Positions 36,725 through 45,527 of a DNA stretch of 64,000 bases are shown here, piece after piece. Under the pieces are notes generated by a model that did not search any database, was not told the origin of the DNA, and saw nothing but the letters and a program-made list of their open reading frames with translations. The stretch is from Candidatus Woesearchaeota archaeon (GTDB taxonomy: Archaea; Nanobdellota; Nanobdellia; Pacearchaeales; GW2011-AR1). A program made the translations under genes and the position numbers. Numbering within the stretch: the first letter of the stretch is position 1; each line of letters begins with the position of its first letter. The stretch covers positions 19,399 through 83,398 of the forward strand of contig CAZTCF010000001.1 of NCBI GenBank assembly GCA_964612685.1, given 5' to 3'.

Positions 36725-37156
36725 TTAATCCCACTGAGAATACATTTCGTCTTTAGTATTGTGCTTAAGTCTAAGTTCTTTGAATAAGTTAACTTCTTCA
36801 TCTTCTGATTTTTTCTGTTTTGCTTTTTCTCTTTCTCTTTCAGATTCTCTTGTTTTTTTTACTTGTTTAACTGGATTTTTTCCTAAAGTAAAAAAGCATG
36901 CAGAACAAATAGCCCTTGTTCCTTTTGAAGGTAATCCGGTGTTCATATCTGGTCCTTCAATCTCTGCAAAATAACACATTGCATTACCTAAAGATTTCTC
37001 ACACATATAACATTTTTCTTTTTGTTCTTTTACAATTTGTCTTTTTGGAGAAAGAATTGTTTGCGTCTTATTTTCTCTTCCTCTTAACGCATCAACATAA
37101 CTGTTTGTCATTTTGGTTAGTTTAATCATAGGACTTCCTTTTTTAAGCTTTTCCAC
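36725..37156 (-). CDS. hypothetical zinc-ribbon protein with basic/acidic tail
   Basis: CYMCEKS...CSAC pairs. 143-aa ORF; the true start may be internal. Confidence 0.45.
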   Translation of the reverse strand: MEKLKKGSPMIKLTKMTNSYVDALRGRENKTQTILSPKRQIVKEQKEKCYMCEKSLGNAMCYFAEIEGPDMNTGLPSKGTRAICSACFFTLGKNPVKQVKKTRESEREREKAKQKKSEDEEVNLFKELRLKHNTKDEMYSQWD

Positions 37157-37239
37157 TCTATTTTATCTATTTTTTAGTGTATCAATAGATTTAAAAATGT
37201 TGGAGAAAAGTAATGATATTTAAATTTGGAGGTATAACA

Positions 37240-37341
37240 ATGCCTAAACTTAATGAAGAGGAATCACTTGACGAGGATGAAGATGAAGGTTTAGAAGAAG
37301 ACGAAGACTTTGATGGTGGTGACTCTGATGATGAATATTAA
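37240..37341 (+). CDS. possible 33-aa extremely acidic micro-protein
   Basis: Own translation gives MPKLNEEESLDEDEDEGLEEDEDFDGGDSDDEY*. It is preceded by GGAGGT 7 nt upstream of the ATG. Confidence 0.35.
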   Translation: MPKLNEEESLDEDEDEGLEEDEDFDGGDSDDEY

Positions 37342-37460
37342 CGATATTCAAAAAATATTTTTAGAGATTCTATATTTTCATTTTTAATATAGAATCTATT
37401 TTATTTTTTACATGTTTCTTAGTAATAATCTTTAAAAAACGTCTTTGTTTGTTTAATAAC

Positions 37461-38126
37461 ATGAGGATAGGAGAAGTTGAATTAAATTGGTTGGGACATT
37501 CTGGATTTTTTGTTGAGAACTCCAGAAAAATATACATAGATCCATACAATATTAAGGAAGGGATGGAAAAGGCAGATATAATTCTAATAACTCACAGTCA
37601 TTATGATCATTGTAGCGTTGCAGATATTCAGAAAATTGTCCAAGAGGGTACAAGAATAGTTTTAACAGCAGACTGTCAGAGTAAGATTACAAGATTTGAT
37701 GTTCCAGTAAAAATGGATATTGTTGAACCTGGAAGTGAATTGGACATAGGCGATGTTAAGATATCTATTCTTCCTGCTTATAATGTTGATAAACATTTTC
37801 ATCCTGCAGATGAGAATTGGGTAGGATATCTTTTGAAGATTAATAATCTGATTATCTACCACGCTGGAGACACAGATTTAATACCAGAGATGCAAAAACT
37901 TACTGGATATAAACAATCGGGAAAGGAATTTGTTGCATTGCTTCCTATTGGAGGGAGGTTTACAATGAATGTGGAAGAAGCTGCGGAAGCTGCCAAACTG
38001 ATAAAACCTACAATTGCAATTCCAATGCATTATGGTTCTATTGTCGGGGGTAATGATGATGCCAAGGAATTCAAAGAACTATGCAAAGAAAACAATATAA
38101 GGTGTGAGATATTGGAAAAGATATAA
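37461..38126 (+). CDS. metallo-beta-lactamase fold hydrolase (UPF0173-like)
   Basis: ILITHSHYDH, HAGDT, IPMHYG. Confidence 0.75.
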   Translation: MRIGEVELNWLGHSGFFVENSRKIYIDPYNIKEGMEKADIILITHSHYDHCSVADIQKIVQEGTRIVLTADCQSKITRFDVPVKMDIVEPGSELDIGDVKISILPAYNVDKHFHPADENWVGYLLKINNLIIYHAGDTDLIPEMQKLTGYKQSGKEFVALLPIGGRFTMNVEEAAEAAKLIKPTIAIPMHYGSIVGGNDDAKEFKELCKENNIRCEILEKI

Positions 38127-38140
38127 AAGAGGCGAAGTAA

Positions 38141-38842
38141 ATGCATATAGAAAACATCTATATAAAAAAAATTGGAAAAGTTTCTGGATTTAAAGTTTGG
38201 ATTGTTAATGGTAAATATATTCGAGACAACATTGAGGAAGAATTCACTAATTATGCTCAACATTACAATTTTAGTTTTATACCTCAAGATGAGTTTTGGA
38301 TAGATAAAGAAAGAAATCCAGGAGAAGAGAAATATTTTATTGATTTTATGCTGGCTTTTCATAGGTTTTTTTCTAAGGGGATATCTTACAATAAAGCCTG
38401 GGATATGGCAAACAAGATAGAGAAAAGAAAAAGGGGCAAGTCTAAACTGATGAAACAGGAAATGAAAATAAAAAAGGGTAAGGGAAATTTATTGAAAGGA
38501 GTTTATAAAAAATTATTGAAAGAATATGGTGGAAATAAATTAAACATTTGGATTGTCAATGGAGAGTTGGTCAGAGATTTGTTTTTTTTGGATTTTACAG
38601 AGGGAGGACATGACAAAGTTTATAGTTTTATACCCAAAAATGAAATCTGGATAGATGATGATTTAGATTTTGAGGAGATAAAATTTGTTCTTTTACATGA
38701 AGTTCATGAAAGAAATTTGATGGCTAAAGGAATGAATTACGATTCCGCACACAAATCTTCAAGTAAAATGGAGTATTATTGTAGAAAACACCCTAAAAAA
38801 TTAGATAATTATCTAAAGAAAGAATTTAACAAAGTGAAGTGA
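38141..38842 (+). CDS. hypothetical protein with internal two-fold duplication
   Basis: FKVWIVNGKYIRDN...FSFIPQDEFWIDKE is repeated as LNIWIVNGELVRDL...YSFIPKNEIWIDDD. Confidence 0.5.
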   Translation: MHIENIYIKKIGKVSGFKVWIVNGKYIRDNIEEEFTNYAQHYNFSFIPQDEFWIDKERNPGEEKYFIDFMLAFHRFFSKGISYNKAWDMANKIEKRKRGKSKLMKQEMKIKKGKGNLLKGVYKKLLKEYGGNKLNIWIVNGELVRDLFFLDFTEGGHDKVYSFIPKNEIWIDDDLDFEEIKFVLLHEVHERNLMAKGMNYDSAHKSSSKMEYYCRKHPKKLDNYLKKEFNKVK

Positions 38843-39407
38843 TATCTTCTGTGTATATAACTTTAATTCCTAATTCTTGGAAGTGAGAATTTATCTTTTC
38901 TATTTTTCCTGTTAAATAATATGCAGGTTTTCCATACTTTTTTATTAATTTATCTAATAGAATTTTTTTATCTGGTTCTTCTTCTGTCTCACTTGCAATT
39001 ATTTTATCATATATATTTTCTAATTTTGATACTTTTAAGAGGTCATAAATATAATCTTTGGTGTTTGTTGTCAATAAGATTAATTTATATTTATCTTTAA
39101 GAGATAATAATCTTTTTGTGATATCTTTTTTGACAACTTCTGGATGTATTGAGATATATTTTATTACATCTTCCTGATACCATTTTCTTGCTTGAGAAGT
39201 TCTTTCTTCTTTTGTAGCATTTGGAAGTATCTTTTTCATAGCTTCATTAACCCCTAAAAAATAATCTTCTTTTCCAATCCACCTTTTGAGAGAATTATCC
39301 TTTGTTTTATTTATTGCTCTTTCAAACCAATATTTATGTGGTTCAATGAAAGCTGAGTGATCTATAGTTAAACCATCGATATTTGTTGTAATTATTGGTT
39401 TTTCCAT
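38826..39407 (-). CDS. HAD-superfamily-like hydrolase (tentative)
   Basis: The N-terminal TTNIDGLTID and the later KLILLTTNTKD are reminiscent of HAD motifs I and II. Confidence 0.4.
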   Translation of the reverse strand: MEKPIITTNIDGLTIDHSAFIEPHKYWFERAINKTKDNSLKRWIGKEDYFLGVNEAMKKILPNATKEERTSQARKWYQEDVIKYISIHPEVVKKDITKRLLSLKDKYKLILLTTNTKDYIYDLLKVSKLENIYDKIIASETEEEPDKKILLDKLIKKYGKPAYYLTGKIEKINSHFQELGIKVIYTEDITSLC

Positions 39408-39440
39408 AAGTTTAAAATATCTTTAAAATATTTAAGTTTT

Positions 39441-40013
39441 ATGCCACGTGATAGATTTCTTCAAAGAAAAACAGCAGTTCTTTCAAAATTAGATAAATCT
39501 TCAATTGGAGGATGGGATAATAGAATTAAACCTTTATGTGATAAAATAAATGGTTTAGATGATTTTTATACTACTAGTAGTTGTTCTGGAAGGATAATTT
39601 TAATGATACAACAGAATAAAAAAGGAAAAGATTTATTTTTAAAGACTTGGCATGAGAAAGTTTTTTTTGATGAGTTAAACGAGACATTAAATATACTTTT
39701 AAACAAAAAGGAGATTATCAAATTTAAGGTTGAACCTCCTATAATCCATATTGCCTGTAGGGATTTGAAAAAGGCAACCTATCTTCTTGAAAAAGCAAAA
39801 TATGTTGGATTTAAAAGAAGTAGCATATTAACTTGTGATAAGAACATTATTCTTGAATTAAATAGTAGCGATAGGATGGAATTCCCAATAATAAAGAACA
39901 ATAAAGTTTTGGTTAACGAGGAATTTTTGAAACTGGCTCTTGAAATGTCTAATTATAAGTTAGAAAGAGGGTGGGAGAAGATTAAACTGTTGGACAAAAA
40001 ATTGGTGGCTTAA
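39441..40013 (+). CDS. taw3: tRNA wyosine-derivative methyltransferase Taw3/TYW3 family
   Basis: FYTTSSCSGRIIL signature and ~190 aa size. Confidence 0.75.
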   Translation: MPRDRFLQRKTAVLSKLDKSSIGGWDNRIKPLCDKINGLDDFYTTSSCSGRIILMIQQNKKGKDLFLKTWHEKVFFDELNETLNILLNKKEIIKFKVEPPIIHIACRDLKKATYLLEKAKYVGFKRSSILTCDKNIILELNSSDRMEFPIIKNNKVLVNEEFLKLALEMSNYKLERGWEKIKLLDKKLVA

Positions 40014-40473
40014 TCAATATATCCCTTAAATCATTTAGGTTATCATTTATGAGATAAAAATGACAAGGAACTGCATACATTTTATATTCATGTTCTTTTT
40101 TACCTATTTTTAAAATAGATTCTATATTTAGAGGTGCTCCTGCAGCTAATCCAAAATATTGAGTTTTTCCATCATCTCTTTTTGAAAGAGTAAATTCAAC
40201 TTGTGCTTCTCTTAAATAATTATCTAATGGGCTGAAGGGGTTGTATAAATCTTTGAACTCTTGAGTGTGTTTAAATGGATGATCACTATAATCATTGCCC
40301 AATACTTCTAAACTTTTTTTTGTTATCATAAAAAAAGGTATCCCTAACACTCCCACCTCTTTTATGTACCTTATCTCTTCTGTGTTGGGTATTCTTATCT
40401 TAAATATATTTGAGTGTAATTTATCTAAAAAGACAAATTTTGTGTTGGGTATAAAAAGGGGTTCTTTTTGCAT
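39982..40473 (-). CDS. hypothetical protein
   Basis: 163-aa ORF. No family recognised. Confidence 0.45.
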   Translation of the reverse strand: MQKEPLFIPNTKFVFLDKLHSNIFKIRIPNTEEIRYIKEVGVLGIPFFMITKKSLEVLGNDYSDHPFKHTQEFKDLYNPFSPLDNYLREAQVEFTLSKRDDGKTQYFGLAAGAPLNIESILKIGKKEHEYKMYAVPCHFYLINDNLNDLRDILIKPPIFCPTV

Positions 40474-40663
40474 GTATTTTTATGGATGTTTTATTATTTA
40501 AGGATTTATTTTATTCAAAATAGAGGTATATTTTTTCTCATTTTAGAGTAATATTCTCTATGTTTTATTTCCATAATTCTTATAAATAGATGTTGTTTTA
40601 TCTTTGGATGAAAATCTGCTTAGTGGATTACTTATATACAGTTGAAAGGAGGACGAAAAAGAG

Positions 40664-41755
40664 ATGGTTTTAGATTTTGCAAAAGAAGCAATCGCAAATA
40701 CTGCTACACATAGTATTAATTTTGATGAATTGAAAGCTGGAAAAGCAAACATCAAGGTTATGGGATGTGGAGGTATGGGTAGTAACGCAATAACTTGGCT
40801 TTTTAACAAGGGTATAAACGGTGCTACAATCTATGCTTGTAATACAGATGCACTTCACCTTAGTGTTACTAAATCTGATGAGAAAATCCTTATTGGTAAG
40901 GAATTAACCAGAGGACTTGGTGCAGGCGGAAAACCAAAGATTGGTAGAGAAGCAGCTAAAGAAGCTTTATCTGAGCTTAAAAGAGCAGTAGGAAGTGCTG
41001 ATATGGTTTTTATCTTAGCAGGAATGGGTGGTGGAACAGGAACTGGTGCAGCTCCAGTTGTAGCCCAAATAGCCAAAGAATCGGGTGCAGTAGTTATTGG
41101 TGTTGTTACAATGCCATTTGAATCTGAAAAAGCTAGAATTGATAAAGCAGAATTTGGATTGCAAGAGTTGAGAGAAGTTACTGATACTTGTATAGTATTA
41201 GATAATAACAGACTCGTTGATATCGCAGGTCAATTGCCTATTGAACAGGCATTTGCTGTTGCAAATGAACTTGTATCTACCATGATTAAGGGTATTGTTG
41301 AAACAATTACATTACCTTCATTAATCAATTTGGATTATGCTGATGTTTCAGCAATTATGAAGAACGGTGGAGTTTCGGTTATAGGTATTGGTGAAAGCGA
41401 TTCTCAGGACAAAGTTAATGAAGCAGTCAGGCAAGCCCTTACTCATCCTCTACTTGATGTGGATTACAGAGGTGCTAGCGGTGCATTGATTCATGTAACT
41501 TGTGGACCTGATTTGAAATTAGAAGAGTTTGATCTTATCGGTAGAACAGTTTCAGAAAACTTGGGTCCTGAAGCACAAGTTATTATTGGAGCGAGAATTA
41601 GTAAAGATTTCGCTGGAAGAGTAAGAGTTATTACAATAATGACTGGAGTTAAATCTCCTTACGTGCTTGGAAAGGATATTGAAGATCAATATTCCTCATC
41701 CTCTTCTCATGGGTCAAGAGAAATGAGCGATTTAGGAATAGAAGTCTGGAGATAA
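40664..41755 (+). CDS. ftsZ: cell division protein FtsZ
   Basis: GCGGMGSNAI, GMGGGTGTGAAPVVAQIAKE; GGAGG ribosome-binding site upstream. Confidence 0.93.
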   Translation: MVLDFAKEAIANTATHSINFDELKAGKANIKVMGCGGMGSNAITWLFNKGINGATIYACNTDALHLSVTKSDEKILIGKELTRGLGAGGKPKIGREAAKEALSELKRAVGSADMVFILAGMGGGTGTGAAPVVAQIAKESGAVVIGVVTMPFESEKARIDKAEFGLQELREVTDTCIVLDNNRLVDIAGQLPIEQAFAVANELVSTMIKGIVETITLPSLINLDYADVSAIMKNGGVSVIGIGESDSQDKVNEAVRQALTHPLLDVDYRGASGALIHVTCGPDLKLEEFDLIGRTVSENLGPEAQVIIGARISKDFAGRVRVITIMTGVKSPYVLGKDIEDQYSSSSSHGSREMSDLGIEVWR

Positions 41756-41788
41756 ACTCAAAACTCAATTAATTTATTTTTTATTTTT

Positions 41789-41809
41789 TTGAGGGGGTTT
41801 TCCCCTCAA
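41789..41809. terminator. GC-rich hairpin between convergent ftsZ and the nitroreductase gene
   Basis: TTGAGGGG (41789-41796), GTTTT, CCCCTCAA (41802-41809), flanked by T-runs on both strands. Confidence 0.45.
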
Positions 41810-41830
41810 GATATTTTTTCAAGATTATTT

Positions 41831-42385
41831 TTAAGCACTTAACTTAGGTTTTTCTTTCATAATTTTATTTCCGTATCTGTTGAAGTAAAGAACTGTGTCC
41901 AAATCAATATATCTTTTTTCTTTTGGCTTTTCATAAGCATACCCTATTGGGAACATTGCTTCGACTTGGGTTTCTTTTGGTATTTGCAATATTTCTTTTA
42001 CTTGTTCATCTACAAAATGTCCTACCCAACACGTTGATAGTTTCTCTTCTGTTAATCTTAAAAGGAAATTTTGTATTGCAGCTCCTGCCTGTTGTTTTAA
42101 ATAATTAGCTCCTCTTTCTCCATATGCAATTTCAGTTCTTCCAGGATTTGTACATACTACAACAACGTATTTAACATTAGAAACGAACTTTTGTTGGGCA
42201 GCCTCTGCCAATTCTTGTATTTTTTTTTCATCATCTATTAGAATGAATTTTAAAGAAAAATTATTTCCAGCCATCGGGGCATAACGCATGGAATCAATAC
42301 ACTCAATTATTGTTCTCCAATCCGGCTTGTCAGATTTGAATTTTCTTATGCTCCTTCTTGCTCGTATTAACTTATCTACACCCAT
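41831..42385 (-). CDS. nitroreductase family protein
   Basis: IRARRSIRKF near the N-terminus, 184 aa. Confidence 0.75.
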   Translation of the reverse strand: MGVDKLIRARRSIRKFKSDKPDWRTIIECIDSMRYAPMAGNNFSLKFILIDDEKKIQELAEAAQQKFVSNVKYVVVVCTNPGRTEIAYGERGANYLKQQAGAAIQNFLLRLTEEKLSTCWVGHFVDEQVKEILQIPKETQVEAMFPIGYAYEKPKEKRYIDLDTVLYFNRYGNKIMKEKPKLSA

Positions 42386-42479
42386 ATTTAATTATAATAA
42401 AAGGATTATTTAAATTTAAGGTTTTAAGGGTTTACGCTTTTCTGAATATATTTATAAATTATTTAATCTTAATTTTTTA

Positions 42480-43637
42480 ATGGATTATTTGCAGGAGGAG
42501 CAGATAGCTCAAGCAGCTTCAGGGTCAAAAGGTAGTAGGATTTTTTTCTTTATATTTCTGGGCGTTATCTTGATCATTCTAGCTATTATAGTTTATCTCG
42601 CCTTTATTGCAAGTCACAAAAATATTTCAGATAAAAAACTGATGGAAGGGGTTGCTATGGAAGTAGGAGAAAGTGATTCTGTTAAGTTTAATCTTGATGA
42701 GGAAGAACACGGTATGAGAATAAACTTTGTTGGTTATGATTCTGTCCAGTTAACAATTTCAAGCGATCCTATTAATTTAAGTTTAAAGATTAATGAGGTT
42801 AAGGAAGTGGATTTGACAAATGATGGAACATATGACATAAGGATAAAACTAGTTAGCATTATTGAGGGTAAGGCGACAATTGCGGTTAAGAGAATTGATA
42901 AAGATAATTGTCAGGAAGATTGGGCGTGTTCTAATTGGGGAAGTTGTAATAAAGGTATTCAAACAAGGGTTTGTAAGGATTCAAACTCTTGTGGAACAAT
43001 ATTCTATAAGCCTTCAGAAAAAAAAGATTGTTTAGAGATGGAGTTTGTTTATGAGGATAATTCTCAAGAAAAGGTTGTGAATAAAAGTGTAAATAATACT
43101 TCAATAAACGAGACAATAAATATCTCATTAATGACAGATTCGGATAATTCAACTATTCCTATAGAGAATACTACAAATATCTCATTAACAACAGGTTCAG
43201 ATAATTTGACAATTTCTGTAGAGGAGAATACAAATGTGAATCTTACAGAGGATTTAGATAATACAACGGATACTTCTTCGATTATATATGGCCTTTCTGA
43301 AAATACGACTACTTTAACAGATAATGAGGTAACTAATATAATCCCTTATCCGGTTTGTTCTAATGGAGGTTATCCTTGTTATGAGCCACAAGGTTTGTTT
43401 TGTGCAGATTATTACAGTTATTATATGTTTAATCCTTTTTGTTGTCCAGAAGAATGCTTAAAATTTGAATCTGTGGAACAATTCTGCCTTGCAAGAGGGT
43501 ATTTCTCCTTTTTTGAGAATGAAACTCATGTTTGTAAAGTAAGAACGTATTCTCCATTTAATGGAACTAATATAATATGCTGCGCTTCTATTGAGATTAA
43601 AAGAGATATATACTCTGGTATTTCTACTCAAATGTGA
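42480..43637 (+). CDS. membrane-anchored extracellular protein with Cys/Trp module and many N-x-S/T sequons
   Basis: N-terminal TM helix (IFFFIFLGVILIILAIIVYLAFI), CQEDWACSNWGSCNKGIQTRVCKDSNSCG, and a Cys-rich C-terminus. Confidence 0.55.
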   Translation: MDYLQEEQIAQAASGSKGSRIFFFIFLGVILIILAIIVYLAFIASHKNISDKKLMEGVAMEVGESDSVKFNLDEEEHGMRINFVGYDSVQLTISSDPINLSLKINEVKEVDLTNDGTYDIRIKLVSIIEGKATIAVKRIDKDNCQEDWACSNWGSCNKGIQTRVCKDSNSCGTIFYKPSEKKDCLEMEFVYEDNSQEKVVNKSVNNTSINETINISLMTDSDNSTIPIENTTNISLTTGSDNLTISVEENTNVNLTEDLDNTTDTSSIIYGLSENTTTLTDNEVTNIIPYPVCSNGGYPCYEPQGLFCADYYSYYMFNPFCCPEECLKFESVEQFCLARGYFSFFENETHVCKVRTYSPFNGTNIICCASIEIKRDIYSGISTQM

Positions 43638-44748
43638 TCTCTCCCCCGCCAATTACTTTTTCTTTTTGATACAAAACTATTGCTTGTCCTTCACTTATAC
43701 CCGTTATTTTTTCATTTAAGATTACATTAAATTGTTTTGATTTTTTATCGTAGAAAAGTGTGCTTGGAAGCAATTCTCCAACATGACGTATTCTAGACAA
43801 TACTTTAGTTTTTTTGCCTTTGAACTCATTTTTATTGTTGGAAATAAGATGTAAATCTTTGATTATTATTTTTTTTCTAAAGTTTAATTGGTGATCTTTT
43901 GGAGCAGCAACAAGGATATTTTTTTTGATGTCTTTCTCTGCAACATACCATTTGGAAGGTTTATTTTTATTTCCCCGGTCTAATTCAAATCCATATCTTG
44001 GACCTAAACGTTGTCCTATTGTGTAATAGTAAATTCCATCGTGTTCCCCAATTACTTTTCCATCTGGGTCTAATATTTTTCCTTTTTTGGGTTTTATCTT
44101 TTTTTGTAAAAATTTTTTAAGGTTAACTTTTCCTATGAAACATATGCCTACAGTACCTTTTTTATCGTAATTTGGAAGATGATTCTTTTTTGCTATATCT
44201 CTAATTTGTTGTTTAGTATATTCTCCTATGGGGAATAAACAATGAGAGAGTTCATTTTGTGTTACCTTATATAAAAAATAAGATTGATCTTTAGATTCAT
44301 CTTTTCCTCTAAGTAATTCGTATATGTTTTTTTTGTTTTTTTTAACTCTTGCATAATGTCCTGTTGCTATTAAATTAATTTTTCTTTTTTTTGCTTCTTC
44401 AAGAAGAAGGGGGAATTTTATTTTTTGATTACAGTCTATATCTGGGTTAGGGGTTATTCCTTTTTTGTATTTTTCAAACATCTTTTCAATAACTTCCTTT
44501 CGGTATTGTTTTTCAAAGTCAAGTGTAATTAAAGGAATATTCAATTGAGATGCAATTTTTAATGCCATCTTTCTTTCGGTTCTCCAGGCACATCTTCCTG
44601 TTAATGGGTCTTTTGTATCGCTCCAATTTTTCATAAACGCTCCTATTACTTCGTATCCCTGTTTCTTTAGAAGAAGAGCAGCTATACTTGAATCTACTCC
44701 CCCGGACATTGCAAGGAGAATTTTTTGCTTTTGATTTTTTGATATCAT
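43624..44748 (-). CDS. mnmA: tRNA-specific 2-thiouridylase MnmA
   Basis: ILLAMSGGVDSSIAALLL PP-loop, and ITPNPDIDCNQKIKF. Confidence 0.88.
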   Translation of the reverse strand: MISKNQKQKILLAMSGGVDSSIAALLLKKQGYEVIGAFMKNWSDTKDPLTGRCAWRTERKMALKIASQLNIPLITLDFEKQYRKEVIEKMFEKYKKGITPNPDIDCNQKIKFPLLLEEAKKRKINLIATGHYARVKKNKKNIYELLRGKDESKDQSYFLYKVTQNELSHCLFPIGEYTKQQIRDIAKKNHLPNYDKKGTVGICFIGKVNLKKFLQKKIKPKKGKILDPDGKVIGEHDGIYYYTIGQRLGPRYGFELDRGNKNKPSKWYVAEKDIKKNILVAAPKDHQLNFRKKIIIKDLHLISNNKNEFKGKKTKVLSRIRHVGELLPSTLFYDKKSKQFNVILNEKITGISEGQAIVLYQKEKVIGGGEITFE

Positions 44749-44838
44749 TAAGTAGTTTAGTTATTAAGTATTATAAGGTTTTTTAATAGGGGTAAACTTT
44801 AAATAAGGTTTTAATTTTCAATTCTTAAATAAGTATAT

Positions 44839-44898
44839 GCCCTGGTTGCTCAGTTGGTTAAAGTTCTAACGAACAAACCATCTTCACCACCTAAGGTA
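44839..44898 (+). other. tRNA-like leader element: copy of the first ~22 nt of tRNA-Asn plus a GTTC-TAAC-GAAC hairpin and acceptor-like 3' strand
   Basis: 44839-44860 matches 44909-44930 at 21/22. TGGTT (44855-44859) pairs with AACCA (44876-44880). CTAAGGT+A pairs 6/7 (including 2 G-U) with GCCCTGG. Confidence 0.6.
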
Positions 44899-44908
44899 AT
44901 AAATATGT

Positions 44909-44982
44909 GCCCTGGTAGCTCAGTTGGTTAGAGCGCACGACTGTTAATCGTGAAGTCGTAGGTTCGAGTCCTACCCGGGGCG
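44909..44982 (+). tRNA. tRNA-Asn(GTT)
   Basis: GCCCTGG TA GCTC AGTTGGTTA GAGC G CACGA CTGTTAA TCGTG AAGTC GTAGG TTCGAGT CCTAC CCGGGGC G. Confidence 0.9.
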
Positions 44983-44984
44983 CT

Positions 44985-45497
44985 TTATTTTTTCTTAACT
45001 CCTTTTAACCCCAAGTCTGTAATTGGTTCTATCTTATGTTTTTCAAGGTAGGAGTATACATTAGAATGTTTTGAACCTTTTATCAGAAGTTTGCAAGCTT
45101 CTTCTACGTTTCTAATACTTTCAGAATCTCCTATAATTCCTAACTTGTTTCCAGAAAGTTCAACATGACAATTGCTTAAGTTTGAAATTGTCTTTAGGGC
45201 TTTACCATCCTTACCTATTACTCTTCCCCTTACCCTCTCAAAATCTTTCTGATTAGTAAATTCTTTTATATTTAATATTTCAAACAAAAAATCTTCTTTT
45301 TTTATGTTAAGAGCATCTGAAAAAGGGAAACCAAAATCAAGAGCTTCAATAACTCTTTCTGCGATATACTCATTTTCAGATTCTCCTGAAATTGAGACTT
45401 CTTTTCCATTAATTTCTAGAAGTACATCTAACTCTTTTTCAAGATTTTTTTTATTCTTTATTATCCTTATTATCTTTTCTGAGATTATTTTTTTCAT
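44985..45497 (-). CDS. KH-domain RNA-binding protein (archaeal Dim2/Pno1-like)
   Basis: RGRVIGKDGKALKTI is the GxxG KH motif, and a second KH-like half is present. 170 aa. Confidence 0.65.
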   Translation of the reverse strand: MKKIISEKIIRIIKNKKNLEKELDVLLEINGKEVSISGESENEYIAERVIEALDFGFPFSDALNIKKEDFLFEILNIKEFTNQKDFERVRGRVIGKDGKALKTISNLSNCHVELSGNKLGIIGDSESIRNVEEACKLLIKGSKHSNVYSYLEKHKIEPITDLGLKGVKKK

Positions 45498-45527
45498 ATT
45501 AAAGAATATTTTGAAGCATTAATAAGC

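Noticed and set aside
38690-38710. HEVHE in ORF 38141-38842 as a zinc-metalloprotease HExxH motif.
   Set aside because: The spacing is H-E-x-H, not H-E-x-x-H, so the classic motif is not present.
40558-41076. Minus-strand ORFs 40558-40809, 40670-40858 and 40855-41076 overlapping the ftsZ start region.
   Set aside because: ftsZ is unambiguous on the plus strand and has a GGAGG ribosome-binding site. The antisense ORFs have no recognisable features.
44855-44880. Reading the leader hairpins as H/ACA-like or K-turn (L7Ae-binding) guide RNAs.
   Set aside because: After the 3-nt bulge the stem starts G-C/T-A, not tandem sheared G-A pairs. The internal-loop strand is identical to tRNA sequence rather than complementary to it. 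No consistently placed ACA box is present.
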